Source: Escherichia phage vB_EcoM_NBG2. Taken from it: a stretch of DNA of 64,000 nucleotides. Every line of letters starts with the position of its first letter. Positions within the stretch are counted from its first letter, which is position 1. Both the position numbers and the translations under genes were made by a program. The notes under the pieces were generated by a model. It did no database searches. It was not told where the DNA came from and saw nothing but the letters and a program-made list of their open reading frames with translations. Shown here piece by piece: positions 1-8,042 of the stretch. Location of the stretch: the sequence record NC_054925.1. One strand, written 5' to 3'.

Positions 1-92
1 ATACGTTTAAGAGCATTTAATAATTGGTCTGGAACATCAACCTGCCTTTGGAACTCTTCAAACATTGAATTGAAATCACTTTGCATTCTCAT
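1..92 (-). CDS. hypothetical protein, N-terminal fragment; gene continues beyond window start
   Basis: Minus-strand ATG at 92 or 86 with AGGA/GGAG upstream; open frame runs off the window. Confidence 0.3.
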   Translation of the reverse strand, partial: MRMQSDFNSMFEEFQRQVDVPDQLLNALKR

Positions 93-113
93 TCCTATTT
101 ACTCCAAGTAATA

Positions 114-127
114 GGGGCCGAAGCCCC
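114..127 (-). terminator. GC-rich stem-loop GGGGC-UUCG-GCCCC on the minus transcript, just downstream of the 134..727 stop
   Basis: Perfect 5-bp stem with UUCG tetraloop when read on minus strand; no clean U-run, so may be a 3' stabilising hairpin rather than a strong terminator. Confidence 0.35.
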
Positions 128-133
128 TTATCA

Positions 134-727
134 TTATTTCAGAGAATTAATGTATTCCTGAACATCGGCAGAGGTAGTTTCAACCCCAGAAATATTACCG
201 TTAAAGGTTTCAACTCGAGCAAGAGTATCTTCAATATCAACCTTAGTCAGTGCTGCAATTTCAACTACATCATCAGCAGTACTAATTCCAAGGGCATTTG
301 CTGCACGAGTTTCACGGATATATTCCAATTTAACCGCAAGTTCTTGGCGTGCATCATCCAATTCAACTACTTTCTTAGCGATTTCAATTCGCATTTCAGC
401 ATAACCATCAGCTTTAGTAGTCAACTGCTCAGCTGTTCGACGATATAGTAAACCGAGTTTAGCATGCATTGTTACATCTTGACCTTCGGAAAGAAGCTTG
501 CGAATTTCACGCTCTTTTGATTCAGCCTGCTTATTCTTTTCGACAATAAGTTCACGAATACGTTTTTCTTCATTAATAGATTTAACAGAAGCAGTTTTTA
601 GATCTTTAATCTTATCAAGTAGTTTTGCTGCTGCAGCAGTATACTGTTCTTCAACAGATAGATTTTTAGCCATAGCAGAACCAAGTTTAGTGCGAATAAA
701 CTCAACAATTTTCTTCAGTGTGTTCAT
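134..727 (-). CDS. hypothetical coiled-coil protein, 197 aa; PspA/IM30-like composition, unverified
   Basis: Complete ORF; K/E/A/L-rich heptad-like sequence throughout. Confidence 0.6.
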
Positions 728-770
728 AGTATTTCCTTAGGTTAATTAAGATTTAAAATCCATGAGAGTA

Positions 771-947
771 TTATACTCCGGATAGTTTGTAAACTATGTT
801 AACATCGCCTTTTGCTGCTTTATAACCTTCAGCCCAAGATACAACCGAGTTTTTATCTGAAGATTCAAATTCTGGCATTGGGCTTTCGCCAATGTTCACG
901 CAGTATGTTTCTTCATTTTCGTCGAACCAAATAATTAAAGTAGTCAT
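771..947 (-). CDS. small hypothetical protein, 58 aa
   Basis: ORF below the 60-aa track cutoff; GGAG 7 nt upstream of ATG on minus strand. Confidence 0.3.
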   Translation of the reverse strand: MTTLIIWFDENEETYCVNIGESPMPEFESSDKNSVVSWAEGYKAAKGDVNIVYKLSGV

Positions 948-1015
948 TTATTTCTCCGTTTCTGTATTTGTTTTGATAAGTCTATAATAACACCATCCTT
1001 GGTGTTTGTACACAA

Positions 1016-1279
1016 TTATTTCATATTATTGAAATATTCTTCTGCGATTTCGTCGTTATCATGGTAAACTTTAGAAGACAGTTTAACATAACCTTCAGCA
1101 GTGAACATGTTAATCACAACCTTTACAGTATACCACTGACCATCTTCATTACCCATTACTGCGTAAGTTTCAAACATCGGATGATCAGGACCGATAACTT
1201 TAATATCATTCACTGTACGACCGAAATCTTCTGAAACACATTTCATAAAGAAGTTGAACAGTTCGCCGTAATTATCCAT
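1016..1279 (-). CDS. hypothetical protein, 87 aa (start moved to internal Met)
   Basis: Track ORF 1016..1342 begins inside its own predicted promoter; ATG at 1279 is preceded by GGAGAA. Confidence 0.5.
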   Translation of the reverse strand: MDNYGELFNFFMKCVSEDFGRTVNDIKVIGPDHPMFETYAVMGNEDGQWYTVKVVINMFTAEGYVKLSSKVYHDNDEIAEEYFNNMK

Positions 1280-1322
1280 TTCATTCTCCAAGTTGTTTTC
1301 TGTATCAGTAGTTGATAGTTGT

Positions 1323-1352
1323 ATAGTACCATGGAAGGACAAGGATGTAAAC
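1323..1352 (-). promoter_or_regulatory. T4 early-type promoter (-35 GTTTAC, 18-nt spacer, -10 TACTAT) on minus strand
   Basis: Plus strand shows gtaaac at 1347-1352 and atagta at 1323-1328; same cassette recurs at 4202, 4568, 53471, 62433. Confidence 0.5.
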
Positions 1353-1486
1353 AGTTTTGTGAAAAAAATTTTTAAAAAGTTTTAGGGAATTCTAGGGTCA
1401 GGAGGGGCAATTAAAAGGTAGGATAATATATTATAAAGGGTATAAACTAAATGATGCCTAGAGAGGCCCGGAAAGGCCTAGATACC

Positions 1487-1513
1487 AAAAAGCCCCAACC
1501 TTTCGGTCGGGGC
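1487..1513 (-). terminator. intrinsic terminator: stem GCCCCGACC-GAAA-GGUUGGGGC followed by UUUUU on minus transcript
   Basis: 9-bp stem with one G-U pair plus U5 tract immediately downstream of the 1522 stop. Confidence 0.7.
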
Positions 1514-1521
1514 TAAGAATG

Positions 1522-1995
1522 TTATTTGATTTGTTTAGCAGACCAAATGCGGTCTTTAATAATTTTTTGGATGTCTTCAACATACTCAAGAGAGTGAGCA
1601 TGTGGATTATCTTTGAAACTATAAGCACGAGCTAGTTTTTGGCCTTCAGTTTTGATTACTAAAAGCTCTTTAAGGATAGCTTCATATTTGGAGATAATTC
1701 CTTTAACAATATTTTTTTCTTGTGCAGCTTTAGGATCTGCTTTAGGAGCAGGTTTACCCGAAGCCTTTGCAAAAGCAGCGCCAGTAGCAACTAGACTTTT
1801 CCAGGCCATACTAACCGCATTTCCTGTAAATCCTTCTGCTTTCATGTCGCGAGCAAATTGGAATCGCGATTCGTCAGAAGCATCTTTATAAGAATATTTA
1901 CCCGCTGCAATGGCTGCTTTTGCGACAGCTTGAATTTCGGTGCTAGATGCTTCATTTAACACCGCTTCATTTAAAAATTGAGTATATGATTTCAT
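1522..1995 (-). CDS. internal-protein-like protein with N-terminal capsid targeting sequence (MKSYTQFLNE/A), 157 aa
   Basis: Start moved to Met at 1995 (AGGAAA RBS); N-terminus matches the T4 IP CTS pattern as I recall it; TATAAATA late promoter upstream. Confidence 0.55.
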   Translation of the reverse strand: MKSYTQFLNEAVLNEASSTEIQAVAKAAIAAGKYSYKDASDESRFQFARDMKAEGFTGNAVSMAWKSLVATGAAFAKASGKPAPKADPKAAQEKNIVKGIISKYEAILKELLVIKTEGQKLARAYSFKDNPHAHSLEYVEDIQKIIKDRIWSAKQIK

Positions 1996-2033
1996 CTTAT
2001 TTCCTGTTTTAATTCGTGGATTTAATATACTAA

Positions 2034-2041
2034 TATTTATA
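2034..2041 (-). promoter_or_regulatory. T4 late promoter TATAAATA on minus strand, about 40 nt upstream of the 1995 start
   Basis: Plus strand reads tatttata at 2034-2041. Confidence 0.5.
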
Positions 2042-2043
2042 CT

Positions 2044-2070
2044 AAAAAGCCCCAACCTTTCGGTCGGGGC
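2044..2070 (-). terminator. intrinsic terminator, second identical copy of the 1487-1513 hairpin plus U-tract; ends the tRNA/small-RNA transcription unit
   Basis: 31-nt string aaaaagccccaacctttcggtcggggctaag identical at 1487-1517 and 2044-2074. Confidence 0.7.
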
Positions 2071-2074
2071 TAAG

Positions 2075-2385
2075 CCTTGCGGCAACCTTGTCGGGGTTCC
2101 ACCTGCTAAGGCAAGTGTTTGTACGAAACGCCGGGATTCGAACCCGGTTATTAAGTAGTTGACGCTACTCAATATTTTTAAAAGGCCATATCTCGACCAT
2201 ATCCGAACGTTCCGTCAAAAACGCTACTCGGCTTATGGCAAAGATATTTCCTCGAATCGATAATTCGGTGCGCCGTTTCTGCTGTGATATAAGGGGACAT
2301 TAACAAAACATAAAGATTTATTAATGCCAGTCCTTAAACAGGGAACATCAGTCCGACGACTTGCCGGTAGCGACCCGGCTTCTTG
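2075..2385 (-). ncRNA. candidate small stable RNA(s) or degenerate tRNA-like element downstream of tRNA-Arg
   Basis: No convincing ORF; minus strand carries a tRNA-like T-arm CCGGG-UUCGAAU-CCCGG (plus 2131-2147) without a matching acceptor stem; position corresponds to where T4 encodes small stable RNAs. Confidence 0.3.
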
Positions 2386-2461
2386 TCTGGTCGAGGCAGT
2401 AGGGATCGAACCTACGACCCAGGACTTAGAAGGTCCTTGCTCTTCCTTCTGAGCTATGCCT
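2386..2461 (-). tRNA. tRNA-Arg (anticodon UCU), CCA encoded
   Basis: Manual fold: acceptor CGAGGCA/TGCCTCG, D-stem GCTC/GAGC, anticodon stem AGGAC/GTCCT with loop CTTCTAA, T-arm GTAGG-TTCGATC-CCTAC. Confidence 0.8.
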
Positions 2462-2467
2462 CGTATT

Positions 2468-2542
2468 TGGCGGACGTGATAGGATTCGAACCTATAACCA
2501 ATCGCTTAACAGGCGATCGCTCTGCCATTGAGCTACACATCC
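2468..2542 (-). tRNA. tRNA-Asn (anticodon GUU), CCA encoded
   Basis: Manual fold: acceptor GGATGTG/CACGTCC, D-stem GCTC/GAGC, anticodon stem ATCGC/GCGAT with loop CTGTTAA, T-arm ATAGG-TTCGAAT-CCTAT. Confidence 0.75.
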
Positions 2543-2546
2543 AAAT

Positions 2547-2633
2547 TGGTGGGGAGTGGTGGAGTCGAACCACCCGAGTCGCAATGACAATGAATTTACA
2601 GTCCACACCGCTACCCCTACGGGATAACTCCCC
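2547..2633 (-). tRNA. tRNA-Tyr (anticodon GUA), long variable arm, CCA encoded; D-arm atypical
   Basis: Acceptor GGGGAGT/ACTCCCC, anticodon loop CTGTAAA, variable-arm hairpin GTC-ATTGC-GAC, T-arm GGTGG-TTCGACT-CCACC; D-stem pairing weak. Confidence 0.55.
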
Positions 2634-2642
2634 AAATTAATT

Positions 2643-2717
2643 TGGTGGCCCTGGGTGGAATTGAACCACCATCTGGCGATTATGAGTCGCGTGCTTGAAC
2701 CTTCCAGCTACAGGGCC
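2643..2717 (-). tRNA. tRNA with CAU anticodon (Ile via lysidine, or Met), CCA encoded
   Basis: Acceptor GGCCCTG/CAGGGCC, anticodon loop CTCATAA, T-arm GGTGG-TTCAATT-CCACC. Confidence 0.7.
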
Positions 2718-2719
2718 TT

Positions 2720-2794
2720 GGTGCTGATTGACGGAATCGAACCGCCGACCTTCTCATTACAAGTGAGTTGCTCTACCTACTGAGCTAAATCAGC
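2720..2794 (-). tRNA. tRNA-Thr (anticodon UGU), CCA encoded
   Basis: Acceptor GCTGATT/AATCAGC, D-stem GCTC/GAGC, anticodon loop CTTGTAA, T-arm GGCGG-TTCGATT-CCGTC. Confidence 0.8.
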
Positions 2795-2799
2795 AAAAC

Positions 2800-2889
2800 T
2801 GGCGGAGGCGATAGGATTTGAACCTATGAGTCGCCGGAGCGACTGCCGGTTTTCAAGACCGGTGCATTAAACCACTCTGCCACGCCTCC
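2800..2889 (-). tRNA. tRNA-Ser (anticodon UGA), class II long variable arm, CCA encoded
   Basis: Acceptor GGAGGCG/CGCCTCC, anticodon stem CCGGT/ACCGG with loop CTTGAAA, T-arm ATAGG-TTCAAAT-CCTAT. Confidence 0.85.
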
Positions 2890-2891
2890 AG

Positions 2892-2965
2892 TCTCCATAC
2901 AAGGATTTGAACCTTGGACCTCCTGATCCCAAATCAGGCGCTCTACCAAACTGAGCTACACGGAG
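2892..2965 (-). tRNA. tRNA-Pro (anticodon UGG), no encoded CCA; 2 nt from tRNA-Ser (dimeric precursor arrangement)
   Basis: Acceptor CTCCGTG/TATGGAG with two G-U pairs, D-stem GCTC/GAGC, anticodon stem CCTGA/TCAGG with loop TTTGGGA, T-arm CAAGG-TTCAAAT-CCTTG. Confidence 0.8.
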
Positions 2966-2975
2966 TAAATTAAAT

Positions 2976-3049
<74 letters not shown>

Positions 3050-3054
3050 AAATT

Positions 3055-3141
3055 TGGTGCGAGAAGTGGGACTCGAACCCACAAGGAAATCATTCCGCAG
3101 CATTTTAAGTGCTGTGCCTTTACCAATTTGACCATTCTCGC
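3055..3141 (-). tRNA. tRNA-Leu (anticodon UAA), class II long variable arm, CCA encoded
   Basis: Acceptor GCGAGAA/TTCTCGC, anticodon stem CAGCA/TGCTG with loop CTTAAAA, T-arm GTGGG-TTCGAGT-CCCAC. Confidence 0.85.
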
Positions 3142-3142
3142 G

Positions 3143-3215
3143 CTGGGAATAAAGGACTCGAACCTTTGCATCCTGGAATCAAAATCCAGTGCCTTACCAA
3201 CTTGGCTAATTCCCA
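3143..3215 (-). tRNA. tRNA-Gln (anticodon UUG), no encoded CCA; 1 nt from tRNA-Leu
   Basis: Acceptor TGGGAAT/ATTCCCA, anticodon stem CTGGA/TCCAG with loop TTTTGAT, T-arm AAAGG-TTCGAGT-CCTTT. Confidence 0.8.
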
Positions 3216-3312
3216 ATTATTAACAAAGGCTCTTTAGCAAGAACCCTTGATGATAGAGGGTATTAATCAGTGCGGTATGAGTTAATAATAACAAATAATT
3301 CTTAAAGCATAT

Positions 3313-3606
3313 TTACCATTTATGATAATACATATTTACGATGCATTCAAGACCCAAAGGATTCTTGAAAATATCATATTCAAGAGGACCTTTTTCTGTT
3401 TCAATAAAGAAATCAAAATTTACTGTATTAAATTTACGGTCTTCCTTTACTAATTTAACTTGAGAAGATGAACGGTCAATGTAAACCTTTTCAACTTCAA
3501 AACATGTTAAAATGCCATAATCATCAATCAAGGCTTTAGCTGCTTCTTGATCATATTTATATCCATTTTCAATGGATGATACTTTAGCATAAAGAATCAT
3601 TATCAA
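3313..3606 (-). CDS. hypothetical protein, 97 aa
   Basis: Complete ORF, ATGA start/stop overlap with upstream gene (operon-like packing). Confidence 0.5.
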   Translation of the reverse strand: MIMILYAKVSSIENGYKYDQEAAKALIDDYGILTCFEVEKVYIDRSSSQVKLVKEDRKFNTVNFDFFIETEKGPLEYDIFKNPLGLECIVNMYYHKW

Positions 3607-3986
3607 CCTTCATCAACAATAGTATGAGTATGGGCATTTACAATTTGCCACCAATCAAAGCGATTAGAACCATACATCGGTTTGTTTTCATTTTCTTTGA
3701 TAATATCACGAAGTTCATCTTCAGTAGCGGCTTTCGCGATTAAATCAGCATATCCACCACGAGGATAATAATTATCACCTGCAAAAAGTAAAAAGTTTGG
3801 TTTAATGTTATTGAACTCTTCAAGAGTAATAACTGTTCCTGATGGTAGTTGAACAATCTCTACATATTTATATCCTAATTTTTGAGCAGCATCTACTGCT
3901 TCAAGCAAAGTATCATGAGCCCATCCAATTTGACAACCTGGCTTTTCAGATGGATTAGCCTGATAATCCGCATACACTTTGTACAT
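3603..3986 (-). CDS. hypothetical protein, 127 aa (start moved to internal Met)
   Basis: Track ORF 3603..4025 overlaps the upstream gene; ATG at 3986 preceded by AAGGTGA. Confidence 0.5.
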   Translation of the reverse strand: MYKVYADYQANPSEKPGCQIGWAHDTLLEAVDAAQKLGYKYVEIVQLPSGTVITLEEFNNIKPNFLLFAGDNYYPRGGYADLIAKAATEDELRDIIKENENKPMYGSNRFDWWQIVNAHTHTIVDEG

Positions 3987-3987
3987 T

Positions 3988-4173
3988 CTATTCACCTTTA
4001 GAAATTTTATCCATAACGATAGCAATTAAACCAATTAAAAATGCTACTACAAGTGAAAACACATTTTCTGCTGTAGTCAATAATCCGCATATAAATCCAA
4101 CAAACATTGAAAAACTAAAAGCAGAAGCAGAAATTGCAATAGCAACATTTCGAATTAATTCACAACGTTTCAT
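3988..4173 (-). CDS. small predicted membrane protein, 61 aa, two hydrophobic helices
   Basis: GAGGAG RBS; segments AIAISASAFSFSMFVGFICGLL and VFSLVVAFLIGLIAIV; early-type promoter upstream. Confidence 0.5.
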   Translation of the reverse strand: MKRCELIRNVAIAISASAFSFSMFVGFICGLLTTAENVFSLVVAFLIGLIAIVMDKISKGE

Positions 4174-4201
4174 TTTATTCTCCTCGGTAGTTGATAGGGT
4201 A

Positions 4202-4231
4202 ATAGTATCACAACTAAAACCCTATGTAAAC
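4202..4231 (-). promoter_or_regulatory. T4 early-type promoter (GTTTAC-N18-TACTAT) on minus strand; -10 lies between a 7-bp inverted repeat
   Basis: Plus strand gtaaac 4226-4231, atagta 4202-4207; inverted repeat atagggt / accctat. Confidence 0.5.
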
Positions 4232-4249
4232 AACTTTGTGAAATATTTA

Positions 4250-4537
4250 TTACAAAAGATTTTTAGCAATAATCTTGAGATGTGCCGCAGAAATGTGTTT
4301 AGCTTTAAACAACGCAGTTTCTTCAGCAGGAGAGATAACGATTGTAGCACCATCCTTTTTAGCAGACCACCCATCACCTAGGTAAACAGTACCTTTGATT
4401 TCTTCGCCATCAACCAGACTAATCATTGGTTTACCTTCTCGTCCTTTATTTGCTTTAATAACTTCAGAAGTAAGAGTAGCCTCGGTAATGGTAGAAACCG
4501 GGGTAGTTGTAGAAGTAAATTCTTTAAATGTTTTCAT
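4250..4537 (-). CDS. internal protein I-like head protein with CTS-like N-terminus (MKTFKEF...), 95 aa
   Basis: Same size as T4 IPI and located next to 57B as in T4; N-terminus resembles the CTS; body not recognisably IPI. Confidence 0.6.
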   Translation of the reverse strand: MKTFKEFTSTTTPVSTITEATLTSEVIKANKGREGKPMISLVDGEEIKGTVYLGDGWSAKKDGATIVISPAEETALFKAKHISAAHLKIIAKNLL

Positions 4538-4567
4538 TTTATTTTCCTAATTAATTTTGATGAGGTA

Positions 4568-4597
4568 ATAGTATCACTACCTCATCAACGTGTAAAC
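4568..4597 (-). promoter_or_regulatory. T4 early-type promoter (GTTTAC-N18-TACTAT) on minus strand; -10 sits in the loop of an 11-bp inverted repeat
   Basis: Plus strand gtaaac 4592-4597, atagta 4568-4573; inverted repeat ttgatgaggta / tacctcatcaa. Confidence 0.5.
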
Positions 4598-4609
4598 AAC
4601 TTTGTGAAA

Positions 4610-5306
<697 letters not shown>

Positions 5307-5307
<1 letters not shown>

Positions 5308-6032
5308 TATAGTACCTTTAGTGTATTTTTAATTTTAGAAAAAAGTTCTTCAAGAGAACCATCGTTTGTAATTACTAAATCGCCATCACGAATTGGCAAT
5401 CCAGCTTCTGTAATATGTGTATCATTGGATTTTTGACCAGGACGAACTACATGAATTACTGTAGCACCCATCGCCCTAGCCGCATCCATTTCATGATCTT
5501 GACGAGTATCAGGAACGATATAATAATCATAACCTGGGTTAAATTTATCAAGATAATCTAAAGCAAATAATTTTACCCAATACATGCGGTCGAAGTTATT
5601 AACAATCAAATCCGTACCTAGGGCTTGCATCAGACGACGGACTGACCATTGGTCTTCAATATTATTTATAACGTCAATAATCTTGTTAAATGCTACGGAA
5701 TTAACTGATTCTTTTCCTTCGTCATCAAAAACAAACACGCCTTTAATTGGGCTTTTACTATTAAGATAGCAAAATGCTTGTTCCATAATCGTAATTACTT
5801 CTAATTTAGTCAGATTTAAATTAGTCTCACGATCATAGTCAATTCCTTCAAACTCTTTACGAGTTAAGCAAGGATAGTCAGTGTTTGCTGCGAATACGCC
5901 CCATGCATAAGCCAATGCATCTTTAATAGGACCAGCAAGTTGATATTTAACTGCAGAATAATTATTCATGATAAAATCTGCAGTAGTATCTTTTCCACTA
6001 CGCTTTACACCACTCAAAAAGATTAGTTTCAT
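5307..6032 (-). CDS. 1: deoxynucleoside monophosphate kinase, 241 aa
   Basis: P-loop GVKRSGKDT near N-terminus; size and synteny match T4 gp1. Confidence 0.9.
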
Positions 6033-6081
6033 ATGTTTCTCCTCAAATTTAGTTAAGATTATAACACATGAAACTGAAGCA

Positions 6082-6612
6082 TTAAACTTCTGCTATAATT
6101 TTACCATCTTTTTCTACTTGAAAATACGTATAAGGAATCGTTGCTGTACATACTAAAGCCGGGTCTGAATCTTCCGTGTAGCTAAATTCTACTTCAGACA
6201 GGTCAGAAACCCAAGGCTTATAAAAGTTTATTGACATCACGATTTCAGTTTTACTATTATCTAAAATGTAAAGCGTAATGTATTCAGGACCTGTTTTTTG
6301 GGCAGTATTTTCGCCTGTAAGATAGTTACTAGTTCCTAGCATCCATTCATACATTCCTATCCACGACTTAAGTTCTTCATCAACTATAAATCTCACGATG
6401 AGTGGATCGTACTCAAATGTAACTCCTGGACGCTGTGCTCGGCCTAGTCCAAACGGCCCAGTCACGGTATCAGTAACAGGTATCCTAATTCCCGGAATAG
6501 GAACTGACTGAGCATTTAAAGTAAAAGCAGATGTAGTATTACTATGCGGTATTGATACTACAAAGTTAGTTGTATTTGCTTGGTTAAAAATTTGTTGCAG
6601 AGCTTGCGACAT
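6082..6612 (-). CDS. 3: tail completion / sheath stabiliser gp3, 176 aa (start moved to internal Met)
   Basis: Internal ATG at 6612 with GAGGAA RBS gives the 176 aa I recall for T4 gp3; synteny 1-3-2-4. Confidence 0.7.
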   Translation of the reverse strand: MSQALQQIFNQANTTNFVVSIPHSNTTSAFTLNAQSVPIPGIRIPVTDTVTGPFGLGRAQRPGVTFEYDPLIVRFIVDEELKSWIGMYEWMLGTSNYLTGENTAQKTGPEYITLYILDNSKTEIVMSINFYKPWVSDLSEVEFSYTEDSDPALVCTATIPYTYFQVEKDGKIIAEV

Positions 6613-6718
6613 ATATTCCTCATAATGCTTTATAAATGTTGGTGGTATAATGGGTCTAAGTCCCTTCCATTCAATTCCAATTAGAACAAACAATAGAAAA
6701 GAATGGAAGATAATAGAA

Positions 6719-7543
6719 TTAGATATTTGACCAGACTTTGTTTGCAGAGAAACGTTTTCCTTTTGAAACGAACTGCTGAAGTGGCATTAACACAACGTTC
6801 GCCCAGTCTTTCGGGGCGATTTCAACTAGGCTACCCATAATATTACCGGGTATATATGCCTTAATCATTTGGTCTGCACCCCTAAATCCTTTCACTTGAC
6901 TCCAATCAATTTTTAATTTCGTTTTATTAGTAATAGTAGGTGTATTCGAATATTGCTTTAAAAGCTCTTCTAGAAATTGCTGACGAGCTTTAGGTGGAAT
7001 ATAGTGCAAGTTCAATCCATACATTAAATTATGTTTACCTAAACCAAGATAAATTATCAAAGGAAATTTATCCCAGTAAGGAAGAGTTTCTTTGTGTTTA
7101 GCATCATAAGCAAAAGCATATATTCGTCCCGGCTGAGGGCGAACAACTTTATGTCCTTTTACCTGCTTAATAGTTTCAGCAAACCACTTTCTGGTTTTAT
7201 TATTAATTGCTGCACCTTCATTACGAATTTTATCGCGCAATGTTTGCCTGAATGAATTTATCATAAGCAGTTGTCTTTCTTGCTTATTGAGTTTATTCAT
7301 TGGTTTCGATTCAAGCTTTTGAATCTTTTCAGCTGTTTTAATTCCTGAAGCATATTTTGACATTGCCGAAGTAAACGTAGAATATTTAATTCCTCTTTCT
7401 TCAGCAAATTGCTTTCCTGTCATTCCTTTTGCTTTGGCCTTTTTGTATTCAAGACCTATCTGAATCCATTTCTTTTCGTTTAATGATTGCTTAACCTTTG
7501 GAACTTGGGGAGTGCTTTCATTAATTATTTGAAAAATAGCCAT
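6719..7543 (-). CDS. 2: DNA end protector protein gp2, 274 aa
   Basis: Size and synteny match T4 gp2. Confidence 0.8.
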   Translation of the reverse strand: MAIFQIINESTPQVPKVKQSLNEKKWIQIGLEYKKAKAKGMTGKQFAEERGIKYSTFTSAMSKYASGIKTAEKIQKLESKPMNKLNKQERQLLMINSFRQTLRDKIRNEGAAINNKTRKWFAETIKQVKGHKVVRPQPGRIYAFAYDAKHKETLPYWDKFPLIIYLGLGKHNLMYGLNLHYIPPKARQQFLEELLKQYSNTPTITNKTKLKIDWSQVKGFRGADQMIKAYIPGNIMGSLVEIAPKDWANVVLMPLQQFVSKGKRFSANKVWSNI

Positions 7544-7995
7544 TATGCCCCCTTAAAGCCAAGAGCTCGTAATCCATCTTCTGTTAGAATTCTAAATTTT
7601 ATTCCACGCTTTTCAGCTAAAGATTGTGCTGCTTTCCATTTGTCAGTATTAACGGAATATGTATAAATTTCATTCATAAATCTTTTCTTCGCTGCAGTTG
7701 TTAGATGTGCTGGTTTAACTGGTGGTTGTGTTTCTTTTTTAGGCTTTATTTCAATAAAAAATTCTTGTCCAGAAGAATCTTTCATCCAAATATCCATGAA
7801 GTATCTACGTTTTTTCCCTTCTGCATTACAAAAATAAGGAATTACTGCTGTTTCACTACCCCATGCAATAATTTCTGGATTTTTATCTAACCATTCAAAA
7901 AAGAATTTTTCCCAATTTGATCTATACGTAATTTTTTTAGGGTCACCTCTATATTTTGATATATTTTTAGGAACCCATTTTCCAGAATATGCCAT
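7543..7995 (-). CDS. 4: head completion protein gp4, 150 aa
   Basis: Size and synteny match T4 gp4; ATGA overlap with gene 2. Confidence 0.8.
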   Translation of the reverse strand: MAYSGKWVPKNISKYRGDPKKITYRSNWEKFFFEWLDKNPEIIAWGSETAVIPYFCNAEGKKRRYFMDIWMKDSSGQEFFIEIKPKKETQPPVKPAHLTTAAKKRFMNEIYTYSVNTDKWKAAQSLAEKRGIKFRILTEDGLRALGFKGA

Positions 7996-8006
7996 TGGAT
8001 TCTCCT

Positions 8007-8014
8007 TATAAATA
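8007..8014 (+). promoter_or_regulatory. T4 late promoter TATAAATA for gene 53
   Basis: Exact octamer 29 nt upstream of the gp53 ATG. Confidence 0.55.
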
Positions 8015-8021
8015 GATAATA

Positions 8022-8029
8022 TATTTATA
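8022..8029 (-). promoter_or_regulatory. T4 late promoter TATAAATA on minus strand for gene 4
   Basis: Plus strand tatttata 27 nt upstream of the minus-strand ATG at 7995. Confidence 0.5.
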
Positions 8030-8042
8030 AACAGGAGGGCCC

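Noticed and set aside
728-772. Possible early promoter upstream of 134..727 (GTTTAC ... TATAAT)
   Set aside because: The spacer between the two hexamers is only about 13 nt, so it does not fit the cassette seen elsewhere; left uncalled.
1996-2172. N-terminal extension of track ORF 1522..2172
   Set aside because: The extension runs through a late promoter, a terminator hairpin and the tRNA-like element; the internal Met at 1995 has an RBS and gives a CTS-like N-terminus.
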